DNA of 64,000 nt from a virus, in IMG/VR virus record IMGVR_UViG_3300040801_003999, positions 1 through 64,000 of that record; one strand, 5' to 3'. Numbering within the stretch: position 1 is the first letter of the stretch; every line of letters begins with the position of its first letter. A model generated the notes under the pieces. It saw only the letters and a program-made list of their open reading frames with translations, made no database searches and was not told the origin of the DNA. Of the stretch, positions 1-6,894 are shown piece after piece. Position numbers and translations under genes: made by a program.

Positions 1-143
1 CCATCCTCGCGATGGAGTTGACCGTTTCTGTACCAATACTTTCTTCCATCGGGATAAATGATGGCCGGGCCATCCTCGCGATGGAGTTGGTCGTTTTTGT
101 GCCACCATTCTATTCCATCATCGTCGATTATTGGCTTACTCAT
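1..143 (-). CDS. MORN-repeat protein, N-terminal part (gene runs off the left edge)
   Basis: ATG at 143 gives MSKPIIDDDGIEWWHKNDQLHREDGPAIIYPDGRKYWYRNGQLHREDG. 23-aa MORN-like units. ATGA overlap with the stop of the upstream gene. Confidence 0.7.
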   Translation of the reverse strand, partial: MSKPIIDDDGIEWWHKNDQLHREDGPAIIYPDGRKYWYRNGQLHRED

Positions 144-204
144 GACCAAACCTCGCGAGGCTCGCGATTATTCGCGAGGCATCTCAATAGAATCTCGAAT
201 TTGG
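140..204 (-). repeat. conserved 65-nt MORN-gene 3' module, copy a
   Basis: Near-identical to 6061..6125, 18162..18226 and 18632..18696. Contains palindrome CCTCGCGAGG and hairpin CTCGCGA-ttat-TCGCGAG. Confidence 0.85.
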
Positions 205-406
205 CGCAGGGCTGGGCGTTTCTGAACCAATACTCTGTTCCATCGGAACGAATGATGGCCGGACCATCCTCGCGATGGAGTTGACCGTTTCTGTACCACC
301 ATTCTGTTCCATCGGGCTCAACGACGGCCGGTCCATCCTCGCGATGGAGTTGGCCGTTTTTGTGCCAATACTTTGTTCCATTATCGTCGATTGTTGTCTT
401 GCTCAT
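140..406 (-). CDS. MORN-repeat protein (3 units) with conserved C-terminal tail
   Basis: MSKTTIDDNGTKYWHKNGQLHREDGPA..., tail CAKFEILLRCLANNREPREVWS. Start placed at ATG 406; the track ORF 140..502 begins further upstream. Confidence 0.75.
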   Translation of the reverse strand: MSKTTIDDNGTKYWHKNGQLHREDGPAVVEPDGTEWWYRNGQLHREDGPAIIRSDGTEYWFRNAQPCAKFEILLRCLANNREPREVWS

Positions 407-830
407 GACCAAACCTCTTGTACGTGGCGCGCTCCCATTGTTCAAATGTGCGGGAGTATTTGTCTTGACCATTATTCGAACATCTCTTCGGCCGACTCTC
501 AATCATGCTGGCCTGCACTGGTTCCGACAGCCTCGACCAAGTCCCCAATATTCATCGATCCATCGCCCACCAAAGAGCAGTGCATAATAAAATTAATGAG
601 TTATGCTGCATCCTCCTCGATATTCGAGATATTCGTCCATTGTCGTCCATGCCCCCGAGATATGCTCGGGCCGTTCGGCGAGAATGATCGCGAACAACTG
701 GAGTTTGCTTGTCGAGATCTCGCCCTTGTTTGGCAAAGAGTATTCCCAAGCCTTTGCAGGATTTGCTTTAGGGCTATACAACGATCTCCATCTTCTTCCA
801 AAGTCCCAAAAAATCCCGAAAAATTGGTCG

Positions 831-1496
831 TCATTCAATGAGGGCACCGTTCAAATCATTTCGCTCCCAATAAACGATATCGCCATCATCGTACGATTCA
901 ATTTCAAAATATGTGAATTTTCGGGCGCTTGGGATCCATTTGTAATTCGCTCTCTTGAATCGCATTCTATGCAGCACCATCCGGAGATCGCGATTCTGTT
1001 GGAAATTCTTGATATTTCGATTAGCGGCAAACAATCCACCGACGAATTCAACGGTCCGATACCCAGAACCGATTGTCCTAGCATCGATATCGTGTTCCCA
1101 AAAAATGTCGTCGAGAACTGGTCCAAACTTATCTCGCATATCAGGTAGTTTCTTTTTTTGAAGCCTGCTCATCTCTTTTGCATATTGTTTAGACTCGTCG
1201 ATCTGCTCAATTGTTCCATGTTCGAGAATAATGATATAATTTTCGCTGAACATGTTCATGTGGCTAAGACAGACTTTGGGGACTTCGCATTTTCTGTTCT
1301 CTTCTAAAGATTTCAGGTGATGTTTTAGATTTCCCAGTTTATCGGGGATATCTGGTGTGTTTGGGGTCTTAACTGTTTGATTTTCTACCTTCTTTTCAGG
1401 ATGAACTTCCTCATCCTGAACGAAAATAGAGACGACTGCTCCAAGTACACACATTGCCACCATCATAACTGCAATAAACTTCATCAAACTCTTCAT
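831..1496 (-). CDS. hypothetical secreted or membrane-anchored protein
   Basis: 221-aa ORF. AAGGAGAAAAA sits just 5' of ATG 1496. N-terminal hydrophobic segment FIAVMMVAMCVLGAVVSIFV. Confidence 0.7.
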   Translation of the reverse strand: MKSLMKFIAVMMVAMCVLGAVVSIFVQDEEVHPEKKVENQTVKTPNTPDIPDKLGNLKHHLKSLEENRKCEVPKVCLSHMNMFSENYIIILEHGTIEQIDESKQYAKEMSRLQKKKLPDMRDKFGPVLDDIFWEHDIDARTIGSGYRTVEFVGGLFAANRNIKNFQQNRDLRMVLHRMRFKRANYKWIPSARKFTYFEIESYDDGDIVYWERNDLNGALIE

Positions 1497-1639
1497 TTTT
1501 TCTCCTTTGTTAAAAATGAGCGACTCCCCGTCACTCTCTAGTGTTGATCAATAATATCGTATTCATGATAACATCTCGGGCATCTGGTCGAGGTCTAAAA
1601 ATCTCGAAAAATTGGTCGTCCGTATCGAGCCACCTTAGC

Positions 1640-1667
1640 ACAAAATAGGTTCGGTCTCAAACCGAAC
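1640..1667 (-). terminator. candidate intrinsic terminator
   Basis: Minus strand: GTTCGGT-TTGAG-ACCGAAC hairpin followed by CTATTTTGT. Confidence 0.4.
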
Positions 1668-1704
1668 TGGGACATAGATTCCGGCCCCGCCCAGAGGGGG
1701 GACC

Positions 1705-1733
1705 CCTATACCATTTTCAAAACAGAATGTCAA
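1705..1733 (-). promoter_or_regulatory. sigma70-like promoter
   Basis: Minus strand TTGACA-17-TATAGG with TGg just before the -10. Confidence 0.55.
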
Positions 1734-1759
1734 GAACTTCGAGAAAGTTCTTTCACATA

Positions 1760-2110
1760 TCACATGAAGTAATCGAAGTCAAGAACTTTCTCGCCGCCGC
1801 CCCACTTGTCCCACTGATACATGCAGACTCGGCAGTCATGGTCGGGCTCTTCGTCGACAAGCTCGAAGGCCAGCGTGAGCATCTCGACAAGCCGGGCGTG
1901 GTCGTCGACCGGAAGATGTCGGTTATCCCATGCCCGAAACTGAGCGACCTGCTCGTTGTGTCGCGGGCCATCAGCGGCGAACCTCACGTCGACGGTGGGC
2001 AGGAGTCGTTCCGTTTCGGCCAGTGCCGTCTCGATGTAGTCAGCGGCTCGGCGGGCTTCGTTCAGGATGGTCGTGGCGTTGTTCATATCGTCCTCTGTGC
2101 CCCCCTTCAT
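1760..2110 (-). CDS. hypothetical protein
   Basis: 116-aa co-oriented ORF. An internal ATG (MNNATTIL) with AGAGGA upstream may be the real start. Confidence 0.55.
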   Translation of the reverse strand: MKGGTEDDMNNATTILNEARRAADYIETALAETERLLPTVDVRFAADGPRHNEQVAQFRAWDNRHLPVDDHARLVEMLTLAFELVDEEPDHDCRVCMYQWDKWGGGEKVLDFDYFM

Positions 2111-2224
2111 CGTGGGAGGGGGGTAGGTGGGTGGTAGGTATCGGGTGGCTGTATGAAGCTCTCAGCGATTCTGGTTGATGCGCTCGATGCACTGGTCGAT
2201 GCTCATGTCCTTGCCATTCAGCGA

Positions 2225-2341
2225 TCAGCAGTAGTCGTAGACAAACGTGAGGCCCTCGACCTTGACAACGGGAAGGTATCCACCATAGATGCGATACTTC
2301 AGGCCCATCTCGTCGAAGCTGTTGGTCAGTTGGTTCGTCAT
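2225..2341 (-). CDS. small hypothetical protein (38 aa)
   Basis: GGAGAGCGAAC-ATG, MTNQLTNSFDEMGLKYRIYGGYLPVVKVEGLTFVYDYC. Lies downstream of promoter 2406..2433 and is below the track size cutoff. Confidence 0.4.
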   Translation of the reverse strand: MTNQLTNSFDEMGLKYRIYGGYLPVVKVEGLTFVYDYC

Positions 2342-2405
2342 GTTCGCTCTCCGGTCAGTTGTCGTCATCGTCGGACATCAAGATGATGTCGCCTGCGTCA
2401 AGAGT

Positions 2406-2433
2406 ATTATAGCAGGCTGGTCGATGCTGTCAA
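2406..2433 (-). promoter_or_regulatory. sigma70-like promoter
   Basis: Minus strand TTGACA-16-TATAAT, TGc extended -10. The spacer contains TCGACCAG. Confidence 0.65.
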
Positions 2434-2442
2434 GGGATAATC

Positions 2443-2655
2443 TTAACTATCTCGTCGAGGCAGCAGGTCGACGAACTCGGTGTACTGGTCGCTGGGCTGG
2501 TCGACCTTTGCCCGATACTCGAAGTCCTGTTCGTCCCATGACTCAGTGGTCATGATGTCCATGGCAGTGTTGCAGCAGAATGGTGTGCTCTGGTCGTCGG
2601 TGACCATCTGGCCTGCTCCACAGTGTCGGCATTCCATGCGCGAGATAACAATCAT
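2443..2655 (-). CDS. small Cys-containing protein (zinc-ribbon-like)
   Basis: 70 aa, CRHCG...FCC. GGAGCAGCT-ATG RBS. Promoter 2706..2733 lies upstream. Confidence 0.55.
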   Translation of the reverse strand: MIVISRMECRHCGAGQMVTDDQSTPFCCNTAMDIMTTESWDEQDFEYRAKVDQPSDQYTEFVDLLPRRDS

Positions 2656-2705
2656 AGCTGCTCCGGGTTCATCGAGTTCTGGGCCATTCCCTCATCGACA
2701 AGTGC

Positions 2706-2733
2706 ATAATAGCAGATACTGGTCGACAGTCAA
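2706..2733 (-). promoter_or_regulatory. sigma70-like promoter
   Basis: Minus strand TTGACT-16-TATTAT, TGc, A-tract upstream, CTTGTCGATGAGG box downstream. The spacer contains TCGACCAG. Confidence 0.6.
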
Positions 2734-2759
2734 GAGGTTTTTTCTTTTTCTTTGTTGTT

Positions 2760-3200
2760 TTGTTTATGGTTGATTATGGTTGACACTGGAACACTTCTGT
2801 GCTAAGCATAATTCCTTTCTCGTATAGGGACCAAAAACATTAAGTTGTTGTTTTTCCTTGACTTTCTTTTTTAAGTGTGTTAAGTGAAATTAGCACAGAT
2901 TATGCTTGACATGGTTCAATTATCGTGATATGCGGGATTTATGGTTGATTCTTGGTTGATAACTGGTCGATTCTTGCTTGATTCTTGGTCGATTATGCTT
3001 GACAACTGGTCGATTCTCGTGATATGTGGGATTTATGGTCGATTCTTGGTTGATTATGCTTGACAACTGGTCGATTCTGTGCTCCTCAGGATATATCCTC
3101 CAGATTCCCCTTGACGGCTGTGCCATAGTGTGCTATATTCGTACAGTATTCGTGCATTTATCGTACATCCTTGGTGTTTTTTCTTGTATTTTGGTGTTTT
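2760..3200. repeat. non-coding iteron-like repeat region
   Basis: At least 11 copies of (A/C)TTGGT(T/C)GAT or ACTGGTCGAT. Three direct copies of GATTATGCTTGACA (2898, 2991, 3052), two of them 61 nt apart. No credible ORF. Confidence 0.8.
3111..3139 (+). promoter_or_regulatory. sigma70-like promoter on the plus strand (only one in the window)
   Basis: TTGACG-17-TATATT with TGc extended -10. Points rightward, antisense to the genes at 3206-3530. Confidence 0.55.
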
Positions 3201-3329
3201 GGTAGTCAAATAGCTCTGGTTTTTATACTAAGTTCGACCAGCCACGCACCATTCTCGCACAGGCGCTGTACATTAATTGTACAGGCAATGTACCAGCATC
3301 GTACACACTGTTGAACACAGGTCACACAC

Positions 3330-3530
3330 TCATATATCCATGGCACACTGATACTGACACCCTGAACAGCAAGTACAGACTCGATTAGAGCCACCAATTT
3401 CCTGAGCATAGGGACAGACATGAGGACTCTCGCCTCGTTGGTCACAGATCGGACAGACCGGCTCAGGATAGTGCTCGTCTGTATAGAGGACACGCTCGCC
3501 AACTCTCTGAATCTTCTTTTTATCAATCAT
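3330..3530 (-). CDS. small Cys-rich protein
   Basis: 66 aa, AAGGAGGTCTGGGA-ATG. Contains CPICD...CPY...CTCCSGCQYQC. Paralog of 3901..4140. Confidence 0.55.
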   Translation of the reverse strand: MIDKKKIQRVGERVLYTDEHYPEPVCPICDQRGESPHVCPYAQEIGGSNRVCTCCSGCQYQCAMDI

Positions 3531-3689
3531 TCCCAGACCTCCTTGACGCGTTCAATCACCAGAGGGCCCAAATACCCATCATCATCATACCAGTCCCACA
3601 CCATTCTCGCACAGGCGCTGTACATTCATGGTACAGCCACTATACCAACATCGTTCGCACTGTTGAACACCCACATCACACACTCTCAC

Positions 3690-3890
3690 TCACCCAACAT
3701 ACTCGAAGAGACACCAGTTGTAACTGTAAAGCTTTTGTTTCCTTACCGGGTTACCTCTTCTATCATGCGTTATCCTGACATGTGCGATACATCCAGCAGT
3801 GGGATGAAGTGTATAATCCTCGATGATACCAGTCCAACGTGCTTTGTATAGAGACCGAACCCGACGCCCAATAACAGGTCTCTTCTTCAT
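3690..3890 (-). CDS. hypothetical protein (66 aa)
   Basis: GAGGAGAGTGCT-ATG, MKKRPVIGRRVRSLYKARW... The upstream part of track ORF 3690..4142 overlaps the Cys-rich gene. Confidence 0.6.
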   Translation of the reverse strand: MKKRPVIGRRVRSLYKARWTGIIEDYTLHPTAGCIAHVRITHDRRGNPVRKQKLYSYNWCLFEYVG

Positions 3891-3900
3891 AGCACTCTCC

Positions 3901-4140
3901 TCAGTCTTCACTCTTCGCAGCACAGGCATCGCACAGGTCTGGACTATCATCAGCAGCGCCCACACACCAAGGATTGTACTGACCACAGCCAGAGCAGCAC
4001 CACATCCGACACGGGTTACTGCTGAATGGCTTCTGACACTTGCCCTGTACATCACACGGGCATGGGACACTCTTTGGTTTGTAGCCGTGGTGGTTCGCTT
4101 CGAGAAGACCGGTCGGGATAAAAACCTCGCTGACAAGCAC
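3901..4140 (-). CDS. small Cys-rich protein, paralog of 3330..3530 (start uncertain)
   Basis: Contains CPCD...CRMWCCSGCGQYNPWC...CDAC. The track start lies inside the -10 of promoter 4141..4169, so the true start is downstream (GAGG then ATC?). Confidence 0.45.
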   Translation of the reverse strand: MLVSEVFIPTGLLEANHHGYKPKSVPCPCDVQGKCQKPFSSNPCRMWCCSGCGQYNPWCVGAADDSPDLCDACAAKSED

Positions 4141-4169
4141 ATTATGCCAGACTATCGCTCAGCTGTCAA
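4141..4169 (-). promoter_or_regulatory. sigma70-like promoter
   Basis: Minus strand TTGACA-17-CATAAT, TGg. Confidence 0.5.
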
Positions 4170-4540
4170 GCACTTTCTCGCAAAAGATGGGCCAGCTTCA
4201 GTCGATTGAAGCACTCGCGCAGATTCTGTCGCTCTTCGTCGTAGTACGGGTCATCCTTCGCATACATATCGAAGGCCACATCATATCGCCACAAGAGCGA
4301 GTCAGCGAGTGTGTCACGCTGCTCTTCGGTCAACTCGACGTCCGCATCGTCCTCAGCATCGAGGCTCTGTGCGAGCCCTGTGCGGAACTGGTCCATGAGC
4401 GTGTCGCAGGTCGACTCCAGACGGGCGAAGTCTGTCGAACCATAACGCTCAGGGTCCTGAACAGCAGCATCATACTCGGTCTCCATCAAGTCGGCCATGT
4501 ATCGAAGATTCTCGAAGGTCATGAAGTAGGTCTTGCTCAT
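4166..4540 (-). CDS. hypothetical acidic protein
   Basis: GGAGCAACAACG-ATG, MSKTYFMTFENLRYMADLMETEYD... Start moved downstream of promoter 4590..4617. Confidence 0.65.
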   Translation of the reverse strand: MSKTYFMTFENLRYMADLMETEYDAAVQDPERYGSTDFARLESTCDTLMDQFRTGLAQSLDAEDDADVELTEEQRDTLADSLLWRYDVAFDMYAKDDPYYDEERQNLRECFNRLKLAHLLRESA

Positions 4541-4589
4541 CGTTGTTGCTCCGCTTGTTCGTCGTGGGCCATTCCTCATCGACAAATAC

Positions 4590-4617
4590 ATTATAGCGCA
4601 ATCTGCTCAGGTGTCAA
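4590..4617 (-). promoter_or_regulatory. sigma70-like promoter
   Basis: Minus strand TTGACA-16-TATAAT, A-tract upstream, TTGTCGATGAGG box downstream. Confidence 0.65.
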
Positions 4618-4625
4618 GCACTTTT

Positions 4626-4886
4626 TTACTTTTCTTCTTCGGAGCGAAGAGATATCGAAACCATTTCCATTTCGCCGATAGTGTCGCCGGAGTTGGCGCT
4701 CGCGATTACTTTGCGACCGTTGTACATGCGCTGGGTGAACTTGGTGATGAGGCCCGCATCGGCATCGAAGTTCGCGTACACATCGGCATGGAGGTCGAGG
4801 AACATCACCGGTTCGTCGGCATCATCTTCATAGATGCGAAGGCTAACATATCCTTCCTCTTCTACAAACTCGTGTCGAAATGCCAT
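4626..4886 (-). CDS. hypothetical protein
   Basis: AAGGAGAGGAGC-ATG, MAFRHEFVEEEGYVSLRIYEDD... Confidence 0.65.
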   Translation of the reverse strand: MAFRHEFVEEEGYVSLRIYEDDADEPVMFLDLHADVYANFDADAGLITKFTQRMYNGRKVIASANSGDTIGEMEMVSISLRSEEEK

Positions 4887-4923
4887 GCTCCTCTCCTTTC
4901 TCTTTATCCCTGCTGACAACTAC

Positions 4924-4951
4924 ATTGTACCAGACTTTCAGCTGCTGTCAA
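4924..4951 (-). promoter_or_regulatory. sigma70-like promoter
   Basis: Minus strand TTGACA-16-TACAAT, TGg, A-tract upstream. Confidence 0.6.
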
Positions 4952-4970
4952 GCACTTTTTTTACTTTTCT

Positions 4971-5204
4971 TCAGCGGGCCTCGTGGTCCGCATTGAGAAA
5001 CATCGCGCCGTCAGAGCGCACGTGAAGCTCCCAGCCGCATCGCTCAGGGTCGTGCGGGTGCTCCATAGATTCGAAGGTCGCGATGATGTCTTTCTTGACA
5101 CCTTGGATGTAGGCCGAGTCGTGAGCGCCCATGACACACATGAGCACAGGCCCTTTCCTGCTCTTGACCTGCTGGGCGATGTCTGCTGCTTTCGTAAAGA
5201 CCAT
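4971..5204 (-). CDS. hypothetical protein
   Basis: 77-aa co-oriented ORF with AGGAGAAAGAGC-ATG. Confidence 0.65.
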   Translation of the reverse strand: MVFTKAADIAQQVKSRKGPVLMCVMGAHDSAYIQGVKKDIIATFESMEHPHDPERCGWELHVRSDGAMFLNADHEAR

Positions 5205-5242
5205 GCTCTTTCTCCTGTGCGTGTTCCCTCATCGACAAGAAC

Positions 5243-5270
5243 ATTATAGCAGCTTGTCGGTCGGTGTCAA
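5243..5270 (-). promoter_or_regulatory. sigma70-like promoter
   Basis: Minus strand TTGACA-16-TATAAT, TGc, A-tract, CTTGTCGATGAGGGAAC box. Confidence 0.7.
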
Positions 5271-5330
5271 GAGGTTTTTTTCAACTTTCTTCGTCGGCCT
5301 TTTTCAACGACCTCTCCCAGCGACAAGAGC

Positions 5331-5358
5331 ATAATAGCACACTGAGTCCTGACGTCAA
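5331..5358 (-). promoter_or_regulatory. sigma70-like promoter (tandem with 5243..5270)
   Basis: Minus strand TTGACG-16-TATTAT, TGc. Confidence 0.55.
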
Positions 5359-5525
5359 GGACTTTCTTTTATTTTTTTATGTTCTTTTTTTCTCTTGACA
5401 TATCGTCGAGAGTGTGTCACGCGCCTGCGCGCGCTCATTTAAAGGCACAGGAGTGGTCGATCTTGTCGCACTTCATTGACGACTGGTCGAGAATTGTGCT
5501 CGCGGGCGTCGGCATTGCCTTTCAG

Positions 5526-5787
5526 CTAGTGGGTGCCTTCGCAGTAAGGGCAGAAGTTCTCTGCTTCGAATTCGACCAGTTCGATCTCGAATTCGAGATT
5601 CGAGATGGCATCTTCAACCATCGAAGATGCTTCTTCGAGGCTCGAAAGCGCCGGCTGATTTCGCTGGACGCTTCCCAGTAAATGCCGGCCATTTCTTCGA
5701 GCAGGCGATGTTCATTTCGCGCTCTCCGATTCAGCCAGTGAGGAATTGGAATTCTTCGAGTCGGCTTCGTTTTTCTTCAATCGTCAT
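5526..5787 (-). pseudogene. frameshifted small gene (three consecutive frames)
   Basis: MTIEEKRSRLEEFQFLTG*, then ..NEHRLLEEMAGIYWEASSEISRR.., then ..LSSLEEASSMVEDAISNLEFEIELVEFEAENFCPYCEGTH*. Each protein-like stretch is -1 relative to the previous one. Confidence 0.35.
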
Positions 5788-5881
5788 GGTGTTTCCTCCG
5801 GTTATGCTCAGATGGTTGTGGGTTCGTCTGCGATGCAGTTGGCGATGTCGGGCATGTACTCGACGTCGAAGTGGACGTGAA

Positions 5882-5909
5882 ATTATAACAGGCTTTCTGG
5901 TGTTGTCAA
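5882..5909 (-). promoter_or_regulatory. sigma70-like promoter
   Basis: Minus strand TTGACA-16-TATAAT, TGt. Confidence 0.65.
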
Positions 5910-6060
5910 GAGGTTTTCTCTCTTTCTTTCCATGGTAAAGCGTGCGCATCGAGCGTGCGCGCACCGTGGTCGGGTACGGGGGCACTGGTGGGGTGGTAGA
6001 GCTTTATTTGGCTTGGTGCGTTATCAGGATAGTAGACAATAGTACAATCCACAGAGATAC

Positions 6061-6125
6061 TCATGGCCAAACCTCGCGAGGCTCGCGATCATTCGCGAGG
6101 CATCTCAATATAATCTCGAATTTGG
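6061..6125 (-). repeat. conserved 65-nt MORN-gene 3' module, copy b
   Basis: tcatggccaaacctcgcgaggctcgcgatcattcgcgaggcatctcaatataatctcgaatttgg. Only a few mismatches to copies a, c and d. Confidence 0.85.
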
Positions 6126-6603
6126 TGCAAGACTGGCCGTTTCTGTACCACTCCCTTGTTCCATCGGAATGAACGATGGCCGGGCCATCCTCACGATGGA
6201 GTCGACCGTTTCTGTACCAACACTTTCTTCCATTGGGAAAAATGATGGCCGGACCATCCTCGCGATGACGTCGGCCGTTTCTGTACCAATACTTTCTTCC
6301 ATCGGAATCAACGACGGCCGGACCATCCTCGCGATGGAGTCGGTCGTTTCTGTACCAATACTTTCTTCCATCGGGATAAACGACGGCCGGACCATCCTCG
6401 CGATGACGTCGGTCGTTTCTGTACCAATACTTTCTTCCATCGGGATAAACGACGGCCGGCCCATCCTCGCGATGACGTCGGCCGTTTCTGTACCATCTTT
6501 TTGTTCCATCGAGCTTAACGACGGCCGGACCATCCTCGCGATGACGTCGGTCGTTTCTGTACCACGTCTTTGTTCCATCATCGCCGATTATTGGCTTACT
6601 CAT
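6061..6603 (-). CDS. MORN-repeat protein (7 units)
   Basis: MSKPIIGDDGTKTWYRNDRRHREDGPAVV... in 23-aa units. Tail CTKFEILRCLANDREPREVWP. Confidence 0.8.
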   Translation of the reverse strand: MSKPIIGDDGTKTWYRNDRRHREDGPAVVKLDGTKRWYRNGRRHREDGPAVVYPDGRKYWYRNDRRHREDGPAVVYPDGRKYWYRNDRLHREDGPAVVDSDGRKYWYRNGRRHREDGPAIIFPNGRKCWYRNGRLHREDGPAIVHSDGTREWYRNGQSCTKFEIILRCLANDREPREVWP

Positions 6604-6886
6604 ATTGAAACGTTACGAATTCCAGCCAAATATCAGCGTCGCTCGTCGAGTGCAGACCGAAGTTGAACGCCGGCAGGTTATCGTTCAGCATGTCGATAAG
6701 TTCTTCTACGCGCTCACACCGGGTGCCAGCCTTACTGAGTAGGTCGACCTCCAAGAAGCCCACCAGACCCTTTGTGACACTCGCTTCGACGAACTTCATG
6801 CGCACAGCACCATAGCCACAAAAGTCAGCGAGACCAGAGCAGGTTGCAAGAATGCTTGACATATCGATTGAAAACAAAGTTTGCAT
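6596..6886 (-). CDS. hypothetical protein, paralog of 12320..12604
   Basis: GGGAGTGTC-ATG. MQTLFSIDMSSILATCSGLADFCGYG...FGLHSTSDADIWLEF aligns with MTEFMIDMSDILDACAGIADSCGYD...FGLHSTGDATIWLEF. Confidence 0.65.
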   Translation of the reverse strand: MQTLFSIDMSSILATCSGLADFCGYGAVRMKFVEASVTKGLVGFLEVDLLSKAGTRCERVEELIDMLNDNLPAFNFGLHSTSDADIWLEFVTFQYE

Positions 6887-6894
6887 GACACTCC

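Noticed and set aside
407-830. Overlapping minus-strand ORFs 552..749, 593..847 and 601..834.
   Set aside because: None has a clear RBS or a recognisable sequence, and they exclude each other. I could not decide which, if any, is real.
275-841. Long plus-strand ORFs across the MORN genes (12..284, 275..841, 6169..6666, 8374..8913, 18297..18626, 18767..19396), plus extra minus-strand frames (for example 6105..6581, 18676..19290).
   Set aside because: They are mirror or alternate-frame images of the 69-nt coding repeats and give monotonous SVP.L.SIG.NDGR.ILAME peptides. They have no RBS or promoter. The MORN frame has starts, coupling and the recognisable motif.
2920-3126. 68-aa minus-strand ORF in the iteron region.
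   Set aside because: Its sequence is just the translation of the 10-11-nt repeats (INQES..., RPRIKQEST). It has no RBS or promoter context.
3206-3526. 106-aa ORF overlapping 3330..3530 in another frame.
   Set aside because: Only its last roughly 35 codons (the duplicated CxxC module) look selected. The rest overlaps a better gene. It is treated as a finding, not a feature.
2225-5790. Three cases where a small ORF continues in-frame past a TGA (about 2225, 3690, 5731), hinting at TGA read-through or recoding.
   Set aside because: All long genes are intact under the standard code, and several well-defined genes (the MORN tails) terminate at TGA. No tRNA with a UCA anticodon was found. Three coincidences among about 110 genes are not enough evidence.
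6130-6580. MORN 69-nt direct repeats as a possible CRISPR array.
   Set aside because: The units are contiguous with no unique spacers, lie in one open reading frame, and vary at fixed codon positions. They are a coding tandem repeat.
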